Assembly (NCBI GenBank): GCA_965226495.1
Contig: OZ245365.1
Location: forward strand, 1,376,001-1,440,000
Direction of reading: 5' to 3'
Origin: Candidatus Marinacidobacterales bacterium
GTDB lineage: Bacteria; Acidobacteriota; Vicinamibacteria; Marinacidobacterales; DATDRI01
DNA: 64,000 bases
The notes beneath the pieces were generated by a model, which ran no database searches, was not told the DNA's origin, and worked only from the letters and a program-made list of their open reading frames with translations. The position numbers were made by a program, and so were the translations under genes. Shown in pieces: positions 37,755 through 48,472 of this stretch (its first letter is position 1; each line of letters begins with the position of its first letter).

Positions 37755-38570
37755 CTAGACCATCCCGCCGTTCGGCGAAAGACACTGCCCGGTGATGTAG
37801 GCGGCGTCGTCCGACGCCAGAAAAAGCGCGCTGGCGGCGATGTCCTCTGCGGTCGCCCAGCGTCCCATCGGTATGCGTCTGAGGGAGCTTGCTTTGACCG
37901 GAGCCGAGATGTGGGCGGTCATGGGGGTCTCCACGAAACCGGGAGCGATGGCGTTCACTCGAATGTTCCAAGCGCCGACTTCCCGAGCCACGGAGCGCGT
38001 CAAGCCCAAGACCCCGGCTTTAGCGGCCGAGTAGTGAGGTGCATCGGGGAGCCCCACGATTGCCGCGGTGCTGGACATGTTGATGATCGCTCCTCCGTTT
38101 TGGCGTTTCATCGGCTCTAGTGTTGCGCGCGTGCAGAAGAAGGCCCCATCGAGGTGCACCTGCATCATCCGTCGCCAGGTGTTGTCACTCATCTCTGCGG
38201 TGACGTTCCAGTGAGTCTCGATCTCTTTGCCAGCGGCGAGCTCTGCGAGACGAGACTCGGCAATGCGATTGAGCTCGGGCCATCTCTCGGGCGGTTCGGC
38301 GATTCCAGCGTTGTTGACCAGGATGTCCAGTCTACCCAAGCGTCTCGCCACTTCCTCGAACATGCGCGCAACCTCGTCACTGTTCGATACGTCGGCGGCT
38401 AGAGCGTGTCCTCGAGATTGCTCGATCTCATCGAGAGTCCGTTCCGCGTCAGCCAAACGCAAATCGTTCACGACGACGATGGCTCCTTCTCGAGCGAATG
38501 CTATCGAGATGGCTCGGCCGATACCCGAACCGCCCCCAGTAACCAGCGCTACGCGATTCTCTAGTTTCAT
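37755..38570 (-). CDS. SDR family oxidoreductase (FabG-like)
   Basis: TGGGSGIG, NNAG, YSAAK, NAIAPG. Confidence 0.93.
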   Translation of the reverse strand: MKLENRVALVTGGGSGIGRAISIAFAREGAIVVVNDLRLADAERTLDEIEQSRGHALAADVSNSDEVARMFEEVARRLGRLDILVNNAGIAEPPERWPELNRIAESRLAELAAGKEIETHWNVTAEMSDNTWRRMMQVHLDGAFFCTRATLEPMKRQNGGAIINMSSTAAIVGLPDAPHYSAAKAGVLGLTRSVAREVGAWNIRVNAIAPGFVETPMTAHISAPVKASSLRRIPMGRWATAEDIAASALFLASDDAAYITGQCLSPNGGMV

Positions 38571-38586
38571 GCTGCCACCCCCCCCC

Positions 38587-38632
38587 AAAAAAAAAGAGCC
38601 CCGACCGGCTCCTTCCAGAGCGGGTCGGGGCT
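38587..38632 (-). terminator. Intrinsic terminator after groEL
   Basis: Stem agccccgacc/ggtcggggct followed on the minus strand by T9. Confidence 0.85.
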
Positions 38633-38658
38633 AAGGGTGATACGTCGAGACTGGACCT

Positions 38659-40326
<1,668 letters not shown>

Positions 40327-40388
40327 CTACCTCCTGATATATGTGATGGTGGGTTGGCGCGCCCGAAGGGTGCGCGAGGACCCGCCGG

Positions 40389-40679
40389 TTACTCGAGAAT
40401 TCCGAGTACCTCGTCTTCTCTGACGATAAGATACTCGACATCTTCCAGTTTAATTTCAGAGCCGGAATACTTTCCGACTAGAACTTTGTCGCCAACTTTG
40501 ACTTCCAGCGGAACCTTTTGTCCGTCTTTCAGCACCCGGCCTGAGCCCACCGCGATAACTTCCGCAGTCAAGGGCTTTTCCTTGGCGCTGTCGGGGATGA
40601 TGATGGATCCCACTTTTTTCTCTTCCTTATCCTCGAGACGCTTAACAACGATGTTTTCTTTGATGGGTGTGATCTTCAT
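40389..40679 (-). CDS. groS: Co-chaperonin GroES
   Basis: IIIPDSAKEKP, AVGSG, VKVGDKV, KYSGSE. Confidence 0.98.
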   Translation of the reverse strand: MKITPIKENIVVKRLEDKEEKKVGSIIIPDSAKEKPLTAEVIAVGSGRVLKDGQKVPLEVKVGDKVLVGKYSGSEIKLEDVEYLIVREDEVLGILE

Positions 40680-40740
40680 TGTCTAGTTCTTCCTCCTTTT
40701 GCAGTGAAATGCGAACGGCCCTGCAGGGTTTTCTTGCGGC

Positions 40741-41187
40741 TCAGCCGCCGATGGGAATGTGCTTGCTGTTTTTGTCGACCTGCTTGGGCATGATGACCAT
40801 CAGGATGCCGTCCTTGAACTCGGCCTTGACCTTCTCGGAGTCAATTGTTGTGGGTAGCGTAAAGGTCCGGTTGAACGGGCCGAAGGCTCGTTCCATTCGA
40901 TGGAACTGTTCCTGATGGATCGCCTCTTTCATGCGCCGCTCGCCCTTGAGCGAGATCCGGTTGCTGTCGATACGAAGCTCGATGTCACTTTGATCGACAT
41001 CTGGCAGCTCGGCCTTCAACACCAGGCTCTCCTGGGACTCGTAAAGATCGACCGGGGGAGACCAGGTACCAACTCCGGACACTTCCGTTTGGGAGCGAGT
41101 GCGAGAGAAGGTCTGATCGAACAACCGGTTCATACGCTCTTGGAGCGCAACTAGCTCACGAAACGGATCCCAGTGGGCGACGGGCAT
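40741..41187 (-). CDS. Hsp20/alpha-crystallin small heat-shock protein
   Basis: WDPFREL, WSPPVD, ERAFGPFNRTFTLP, AEFKDGIL. Confidence 0.95.
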   Translation of the reverse strand: MPVAHWDPFRELVALQERMNRLFDQTFSRTRSQTEVSGVGTWSPPVDLYESQESLVLKAELPDVDQSDIELRIDSNRISLKGERRMKEAIHQEQFHRMERAFGPFNRTFTLPTTIDSEKVKAEFKDGILMVIMPKQVDKNSKHIPIGG

Positions 41188-41218
41188 AATTATCGCGTTG
41201 CTTATTTTGGTTATTGGG

Positions 41219-41245
41219 TTAGCACTCGCGGTGTGCGAGTGCTAA
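41219..41245. promoter_or_regulatory. CIRCE element (HrcA operator)
   Basis: Perfect TTAGCACTC-N9-GAGTGCTAA upstream of hsp20-groES-groEL. Confidence 0.97.
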
Positions 41246-41253
41246 CAGGCCGT

Positions 41254-41282
41254 ATCGTAGCGACTGCCTTAGCCGTTGTCAA
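41254..41282 (-). promoter_or_regulatory. Sigma70-type promoter of the heat-shock operon
   Basis: Minus strand TTGACA-17-TACGAT, 8 nt before CIRCE. Confidence 0.8.
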
Positions 41283-41404
41283 GCAAAAAGCTTAGTGGCT
41301 TTGATTTAGATCAGGAGCGCCCCTTTTCGAGCTATTCTACTGATAGTAAAGGACATAATTGGCGTGGCAACAGGTCGGTTTTCTGGCTGGGGAACCGAGC
41401 CTCA

Positions 41405-41433
41405 TTGACAGCTAGCTTCACCTAGCCCATAGT
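41405..41433 (+). promoter_or_regulatory. Sigma70-type promoter of archease-rtcB (near-leaderless)
   Basis: TTGACA-17-CATAGT, 8 nt before the GTG start, no SD. Confidence 0.6.
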
Positions 41434-41441
41434 CTGTTTCG

Positions 41442-41855
41442 GTGCCCTACCGAGTGCTGGACCACACGGCCGACTATATGGTCGAGGTCGCGGCGGAAGG
41501 AAAGCCGGAGCTCTTCTCCGAGGCCGCGAGAGCCCTTTTCGACATCATCACCGATTTGGAAACGGTAGAACCGCGGGAATCGGTCTCGCTCAGCGTCGAA
41601 GCCGAAAGCAGCGAAGAGCTCCTAGTGTCATGGCTCACCGAGCTTCTCTTTCTGTATGAGGACCAAGGATGGTTGTTTTCTCGATTCGATCCAAGGCTAG
41701 TGGGAGATCATCGGTTCGAAGCCGAGGCGTGGGGTGAGAAGCTCGATCCCGAGCGCCATCCCATTGATCGAGAGGTGAAGGGGGTGACGTACCATCGTAT
41801 GGCATTGGTGAGGCAGGGAAAACTCCTCAAGACGACGATCGTTTTCGATCTCTGA
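41442..41855 (+). CDS. Archease
   Basis: [22 protein letters not shown]-terminal FDL. Confidence 0.93.
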   Translation: MPYRVLDHTADYMVEVAAEGKPELFSEAARALFDIITDLETVEPRESVSLSVEAESSEELLVSWLTELLFLYEDQGWLFSRFDPRLVGDHRFEAEAWGEKLDPERHPIDREVKGVTYHRMALVRQGKLLKTTIVFDL

Positions 41856-41875
41856 AGCGTTCGAAAGGATACGCG

Positions 41876-43327
41876 ATGACAAGCAAAGTCAAGATTCAGA
41901 AAATCGACGACAACCGTTGGCGTATCCCGAGGGAAGGGAAGATGCGCGTCGAGGGTTTGGTCTTCGCGAGCGAGGCTTTCGTCTCCACCCTTCGCGGAGA
42001 TCCCGCCCTCGAGCAAGTCGCCAACGTCGCCGAGCTCCCCGGTATCGTTGGCCGGTCCATCGCGATGCCGGATATTCACTGGGGCTACGGTTTCGCTATC
42101 GGGGGCGTCGCCGCTTTCTCGCCGGAAGACGACGGCGTGGTTTCGCCAGGGGGGGTGGGTTTCGACATCAACTGAGGCGTCCGGCTGCTGCGCTCAGGTC
42201 TGAGTCGCAAGGACGTGGAAGGAAAACTACCGGAGTTGGTCGACACTCTCTTTGCCAATATCCCAACCGGCGTCGGGGCGCACCGTCGCGACCTAAAGCT
42301 CCCTCAGTCTGAGTTGCGACGAGTTCTCACGCGAGGTGCGGGTTGGGCAGTAGCCAACGGCTACGGTACCGACACCGACCTCGAGTACATCGAAGAAGGA
42401 GGCTGCCTCGAAGGTGCGGATCCAGACGAAGTCAGTCCCCGCGCCATCGAACGCGGGCGTCCGCAATTGGGGACCCTCGGTTCGGGGAATCACTTTGGCG
42501 AGGTCCAGTACGTCGCGGAAATCTACGACCAAAAGCTTGCCGATGCGCTGGGTTTATTCCCCGGACAGGTGACGGTCTCGATCCACACCGGTTCCCGCGG
42601 GCTCGGCTATCAGGTGTGTGACGACTTCTTGAAGATCATGCTGCGCGCTTCCGCCAAGTACGGCATCGAGCTTCCCGATCGCCAGCTTTGCGCTGCACCT
42701 CTGACCTCTCCAGAAGCGAAGCGTTATCTTGGTGCCATGTCGGCGGCGGCCAACTACGCTTTCGCTAACCGGCAAATGATCACGCACTTGGTGCGCGAGA
42801 GTTTCGAGAGTGTGCTGGGGATTGGCCGCGGGAAACTTGACCTCGGTTTGGTTTACGACGTTTGCCACAATATCGCCAAGTTCGAGGAGCACCAGGTCGG
42901 AGGCAGAAAGAAAAAACTATGCGTCCACCGTAAGGGAGCGACGCGAGCCTTTCCGCCTGGCCATCCCGAGATTCCCTCCGCCTACCGCGCCGTCGGTCAA
43001 CCGGTCCTCATCCCTGGGGACATGGGACGCTACTCCTATGTGTTGGTAGGCACGGAGCGCGCCTATCAGGAGACATTTGGAAGTACGTGCCACGGTGCCG
43101 GACGGCGCATGAGCCGTCGCCAGGCGCGGAAGACCGCCGGCAAACGCGCCATCGTTCGCGAGATGGCAGAGCAAGGGATTATCGTCCGAGCCTCCGGGAG
43201 AGCCACGTTGGTGGAGGAGATTCCGGAGGCTTATAAAGATGTTGCAGAAGTCGTGGATGTGGTCGAGGGAGCAGGCATCAGTCGGAAGGTTGCGCAACTC
43301 CGGCCGATGGGAGTCATTAAGGGCTAG
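41876..43327 (+). CDS. rtcB: RtcB RNA 3'-P/2',3'-cyclic phosphate:5'-OH ligase, with in-frame TGA at codon 100 (candidate selenocysteine)
   Basis: [73 protein letters not shown]; both ORF halves are in one frame. Confidence 0.95.
42176..42216 (+). promoter_or_regulatory. Putative bacterial SECIS element
   Basis: Hairpin directly 3' of the TGA: GCGUCC/GGACGU, UGCG/CGCA, CUCA-GGUC-UGAG; AGGUCU top as in E. coli fdhF. Confidence 0.75.
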
Positions 43328-43524
43328 CCAGGTGCGCTGGACGATTCAGGGCACGCTGTGCGCAATCACGCACTAATTTCTCAGCGTCATCACCGGATCG
43401 ACCCTCGTTGCCCGACGTGTCATTAAGGGCTAGCCAGGTGCGCTGGACGATTCAGGGCACGCTGTGCGCAATCACGCACTAATTTCTCAGCGTCATCACC
43501 GGATCGACCCTCGTTGCCCGACGT
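43313..43524. repeat. Perfect 106-bp tandem duplication
   Basis: 43313-43418 = 43419-43524; the unit covers the 3' ends of rtcB and of the convergent permease. Confidence 0.92.
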
Positions 43525-44486
43525 GCCGGCAAATAGGAAGCTAAGCCGGCGACCAGCAGCAACGCAAGCGGCGTCACCGCAAACGCCATGGGGTCGATGG
43601 GTTGGACTCCGTAGAGTAGGGTTGCCAAGACTCGCGCCAAGATGAAAGTCATTGGCGCTCCGAGGGCCAAACCGGCGACGGTCAGAGCCAATTCTCTGCG
43701 CATGACTCCAGAAAGCAGGGAGGAACGCGGCGCGCCAAGGGCCATTCGGATCCCGAGCTCATGTGTTCTCTGTTTCACTACGTAAGAGAGAACTCCGTAG
43801 AGACCGAGGCCGGCCAGGAGAAGACCGAAAAACGCGAAGCACGCGAGCACCGAAGCGTAGAGCCGAGGGCGTGCGACGATGGTCGAGAATGCGGTGTCCA
43901 ACGAGGCGACCTCGTGAACCACGCGGGACTCCAATTCTCTCGAGGCCTTGCCAACTTGAACGGTGAGGGTTTCCGGCTCGACGGAGCCCCTAACTACCAA
44001 GCCCATCGAGCTCCAAGGAAATTGCGCGTGAGGTACGTAGACCTGAGGCTCAACGATCGCGGCTGGTCCGAAGTGGCTGATATCATCGACCACACCGACG
44101 ATCTCGCGGGCAAGTAGCTCGTCTCCGGTGAACGTGATGTCGAAGACGATGCGGCGTCCGATCGGATCCCGGTCGGCGCAGTGCCGGCGCGCGAGCTCAC
44201 GGCTGACGATCACCGCCGGTGTCGAATCGGCCGAGTCACGATTGTCGAACCATCGTCCTTCGATGAGCCGCGCCCCCAGCGTTTCGAAGAACCCCGGGCT
44301 AATGACGTGCGTTAACGCTCTTGGGGTTTCCGACGCCGGTGGTGTCGGATCTCCCTCCACCGCATAGTCTGCTCGGTCGGCTTGTTTGGCTACGCGAATT
44401 CATAAAGTAAGTGCAACACAGCTCCCGGATGAGGTGACCTGGAATGTGCCACGATTCCTCAAACAACCAAGAATGGGGACTCGCTA

Positions 44487-45506
44487 ATGACTTATTACCA
44501 GATCACCTCGGAAGAACGCTACACCATCGCGGCGCTGCGACGGGAGGGATTTTGCTCGGCCGAGATCGCGCGGCGCCTGGGGCGCCACCGGAGCACCATC
44601 TCGAGAGAGGTCAGGAGGAACAGCTCACCTAGTGATGGATGCTACCGGCCGAGCAAGGCCATCGAGAGAACGAACGGACGACGCTCGCGGTCTCGCCGGA
44701 ACCAGTACTTCACAAAGGCCGACTTTGCCCTGGTGGAGAAGAAGCTTAAGGCCGACTGGAGCCCAGAGCAGATCTCCGGCCACCTGCGCCTTCACGGCGA
44801 GCTCTCGATCAGCCACGAGACGATCTACACCCACGTTTGGCGGGACAAGGAGGCCGGAGGACATCTATACCGCCACCTTCGATGCTCGCCCAAACTTAGA
44901 CGCAAGCGCCACAACAGCTACGACAGCCGAGGCCGCCTGGCCGGGAAGCGTCACATCTCCGAGCGGCCGTCTTGTATCGACAAGCGCCGTGCCGTTGGCC
45001 ACTGGGAGATTGACACCGTGGTAGGAAAAGACGCGCCGGACTGCGTCACCACGCTCGTGGAACGAAAGACGGGCTATGCGCTGATCGGCAAACTGTCCGA
45101 CCGCAGCATGTTCGGCACTAGCCAGCGAACGAAGATGTTGCTCCGGCGGGTGCCGGATCAGGTCAAGACCATCACCGCGGACAATGGCACGGAGTTCCAC
45201 GACTACGAATCCGTCGAGGAAGCGACCGGCGTCAAGTTCTACTTTGCAACTCCCTATCACTCATGGGAGAGAGGCAGCAACGAGAACTTCAATGGATTGC
45301 TACGACAATACCTGCCGAAGCGCACCAGCCAAGCAGCGCTCACGCAACGCCACTGCGATGGTATCGCAAAGAAGCTCAACACACGGCCCCGCAAGAGGCT
45401 CGGTTACCGCACACCGGAGGAACGTTTCCATGGGCAAGAGGCTCGGTTACCGCACACCGGAGGAACGTTTCCATGGGAACTAACGAATGGTGCGCTTCAA
45501 ACTTGA
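44487..45506 (+). CDS. IS30-family DDE transposase
   Basis: STISRE, WSPEQI, GHWEIDT, TADNGTEF, WERGSNENFNGLLRQY, RPRKRLGY. Confidence 0.96.
   Translation: MTYYQITSEERYTIAALRREGFCSAEIARRLGRHRSTISREVRRNSSPSDGCYRPSKAIERTNGRRSRSRRNQYFTKADFALVEKKLKADWSPEQISGHLRLHGELSISHETIYTHVWRDKEAGGHLYRHLRCSPKLRRKRHNSYDSRGRLAGKRHISERPSCIDKRRAVGHWEIDTVVGKDAPDCVTTLVERKTGYALIGKLSDRSMFGTSQRTKMLLRRVPDQVKTITADNGTEFHDYESVEEATGVKFYFATPYHSWERGSNENFNGLLRQYLPKRTSQAALTQRHCDGIAKKLNTRPRKRLGYRTPEERFHGQEARLPHTGGTFPWELTNGALQT
45391..45477. repeat. 43-bp tandem duplication in the transposase 3' end
   Basis: gcaagaggctcggttaccgcacaccggaggaacgtttccatgg twice. Confidence 0.92.
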
Positions 45507-47220
45507 AGTCACACTACGTAAGGCACCTGCAGGGTCGCGCCAACGGAGCTCACTCCCGGGAGCCGTCTCACATCTCGTAAGAGATTCTCGAAGAACGCGG
45601 CCCTCCGCGCCGGTTCGGGGTACTGGCGGAAGGGCAACGAGACGCGCAGAGAAACGACTTCCTCGGGCTCGAAGCCGGGATCTTTCTGCTGGAGGAAAAT
45701 GAAGCTGTGGATCAACAGGCCGGCGCCGATCAGTAGCGGTAGTGCGATGGTGACTTGACCCACGACGAATAGATCCTTGAATCGACTACCCGCCGAGCTG
45801 GTGTTTTTTCCCGCCTCTCTGAGGAAGCCGGCGGCAATATCTCCCCTCAACATCAGGAAGCTTGGTAAGAGGCCAAAGACGACGGTCGACCCGAGGGCCA
45901 GCACCATAGTGAAGCTCAGAACCGCATGGTCCACGCCGAGCCCCTCCGCGCGCGGGAGACCTGGCGGTAGCAAGGTGGATAGCGCCGGAAGTACCCAGAG
46001 CACGATGGTCAGGGCCAGCGCGGCTCCGGCGAGAGCGAGCAACAGGCTCTCTGCCAACACTTGGCGCACCAGATCACCCCGGCCGCCTCCCAGCGCCAAC
46101 CGAATCGCGATCTCCCGCCGATCGCTCATGATGCGAGAGAGCATGAGGTTGGCGATGTTGGCGCAGGCGATGAGGAGGACGAACCCCACCGCGGCCTGGA
46201 GCAGGTAGAGTCCCGGCCTCGTTTGGCCGACGAAAGAATCGAGTACCGGTTCTACCGACACTTTCCACCCGGCGTAGGTCTCAGGGAAGTCTTGCGCCAG
46301 CCGATGGCTTACCACTTGAAGGTGGGTCGTTGCTGCCCCAATGGATACACCGGGCTCGAGTCGGCCGAAAGCGGTGTAGATCCGAAAGTGGGGATTGCTG
46401 GGATTTTCTCCCGCTCGCAAGGCGACCCATAGCTCGGGACTCGCCTCGCTTCCCAGATCGTGGCCGTAGATCTCCGGAGGAGCAACCCCGATCATGGTGT
46501 GATCGATTCCACCGAGGTTGAGCACTTGACCCAGCGCGCCGGCATCGCCGCCCAGTCGCTCGAGCCAGAACCGGTGGCTCACCACGGTGAGCGGCAGACT
46601 ATCCGCGGCCTCGTCTTCCTTGCCAAAGAATCTCCCGGCGGCCGGTCGAACGCCGAACACGTCGAAGTAGTTGGCGGATACGACTCCGTGGTTGACTTGC
46701 TCGTTCCACTGGCTGGTGCGCCACATGACACCGAAATAGGTCGAGAACGCGAGATCGGAGAAGCCTTCGCCCTCCCGCCGCCACGCGCGGGCCTCCGAGA
46801 CGGATGTCCAATCGAGATGGCCTTCGGCCTCGTTGAGGGAGAGGATGCGCACCAGCCGATCCGGATCTATGTAGGGGAGTGGGCGCAGCAAGATGGAGTA
46901 GACGATGCTTGAAGACCAAGGTGGTGGCGGAGATACCGAGGGTCAGGACCGAGACCACTCCTAGAGCGAAGCCGGGTGCCCTGCGGAGCCTTCGCCAAGC
47001 GTAGCGAATGTCGTTCGAGAGGAATCTCACCATGTCACTGTCGATTTGCAATAACTATACCGCGCGGAACCCTCGTGAACCGCCGAGAATCGCGGTCGAC
47101 CCGTCACCAACTCTGGTCGATGCCCGCCATCGGGACGACCGGCTCCCGAAAACGGACAGCTTTGTTCGCCGGCGGTTTTGACAACAACTTCCGCACCGGG
47201 GTATAGGGAAGCTTCACTGC

Positions 47221-48453
47221 TTGAGCGGAAACACGATGTCCCGGACTGTCACGTTCGATTTGAAACAGCTGGATCGGCTCGCCGATCCTCATCCCTTGTA
47301 TCAGAGGATGCGCGAGGAGGATCCCGTTCACTGGTCGGAGGAGTTTCAAGCATGGTTCGCCACCGGCTACCCAGAAGTGTCGGCGGCGCTGCTCAATCCT
47401 CACCTGAGCAACGCCCGGACCTCCCGCGTTCCCGACCGTCTCAAGGCGATTGACCCCGACCTTTTCAAAGACTATCGACGTGTGTTGAGCAAGGCCTTGT
47501 TCATGACCGATCCGCCCGAGCACACGCGCTTGCGTCGGCAGTCTTGGGAAGCTTTCACTCCCGCTGCCGTCGAGCGGTGGCGCCCCGCGATCCAGAGGGT
47601 AGTCGATGAGTGTTTGGATCGAGCGGAAGCTTTGGGACGCGTCGACCTTGTCAAGGATTTCGCGGAGGTGATTCCGGCAACTGTCTTGGGAGAGATGTTC
47701 GACGTGCCCACGTCGGATCAGCAACTCTTCTGCGAGAGTGGAGTCGCGGTGGCAACCCTTTTTAGGTCCCCGACTCAAGACATCGAAGCCAAGGCAAAGG
47801 CGGCCAATGATGGGACGCTTGCACTGGAGCGCTATTTTCTCGAGCTGATACCGAAACGGCGCCGGCAACGCGGCAGAGATCTCGTTTCGTTCTTGATCGG
47901 AAGGGTAGAGGCCGGTGAGATGAGTGAGGAGGAGTTGTCGGCCCAGTGCGTCTCTTTCCTGGCCGCCGGTATCGTTACCACCGCGGAGCAGCTCGGCAAC
48001 GGTGCATACTGCTTCCTGAGCCATCCGTCGGAAATACATGCGATGCAGCTCGACGACTCACTCATTAAAGGCGCAGCAAAAGAGGTCCTCCGTTACGCAG
48101 CCGGCGGGTTCATTTTCAAGGTTGCGACCGAGCGGACGGTGATCGCCGGAAGGACGGTCGAGCCCGAACAGATCGTCTACATTGGTTTGGCCTCCGCGAA
48201 TCGCGATGCTCGCGTGTTCGAGGATCCGCACCGCTTCGATATCCAACGCGAGAACTTGCAACGGCACCTCGCTTTTGGTTTGGGGCGTCATGCGTGTACC
48301 GGCTCGGCGCTTGCGAGCGCGGAGCTCGAAATCGCCTTCCAGACCCTTTTTCACAGGTTCCCGAAACTGCGCCTCGACACGAGCAGCGAGCTTCCCATGA
48401 AGTGGGATACTTTCTCTCCGAGGATCTACACGTCGCTGCCCGCCCTAGTGTGA
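47221..48453 (+). CDS. Cytochrome P450 (alternative start 47236)
   Basis: DPPEHTRLR, AGIVTT, EVLR, SANRD, FGLGRHACTG heme Cys. Confidence 0.95.
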   Translation: MSGNTMSRTVTFDLKQLDRLADPHPLYQRMREEDPVHWSEEFQAWFATGYPEVSAALLNPHLSNARTSRVPDRLKAIDPDLFKDYRRVLSKALFMTDPPEHTRLRRQSWEAFTPAAVERWRPAIQRVVDECLDRAEALGRVDLVKDFAEVIPATVLGEMFDVPTSDQQLFCESGVAVATLFRSPTQDIEAKAKAANDGTLALERYFLELIPKRRRQRGRDLVSFLIGRVEAGEMSEEELSAQCVSFLAAGIVTTAEQLGNGAYCFLSHPSEIHAMQLDDSLIKGAAKEVLRYAAGGFIFKVATERTVIAGRTVEPEQIVYIGLASANRDARVFEDPHRFDIQRENLQRHLAFGLGRHACTGSALASAELEIAFQTLFHRFPKLRLDTSSELPMKWDTFSPRIYTSLPALV

Positions 48454-48472
48454 CGCGGGTGGAGGGAGGAAG

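Larger units (their letters stand above)
44394..45512 (+). mobile_element. Complete IS30-family element
   Basis: Imperfect ~24-bp terminal IRs (GCGAATTCA...AAGTGCAAC / GTGACTTCA...AAGCGCACC); 2-bp AC target duplication. Confidence 0.92.
43479..47033 (-). pseudogene. ADOP-type ABC permease interrupted by IS30 and by a +1 frameshift near 46910
   Basis: Removing the IS and one AC copy gives ...LQVPYVVAKQADRADYAVEGDP... in frame; N-terminus DIRYAWRRLRRAPGF; C-terminus PARRATRVDP. Confidence 0.9.

Noticed and set aside
41876-43327. rtcB as a nonsense pseudogene or as two separate genes
   Set aside because: The stop falls exactly on the catalytic Cys, is followed by a SECIS-like hairpin, and every other motif is intact. 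Disfavoured but not excluded without reads.
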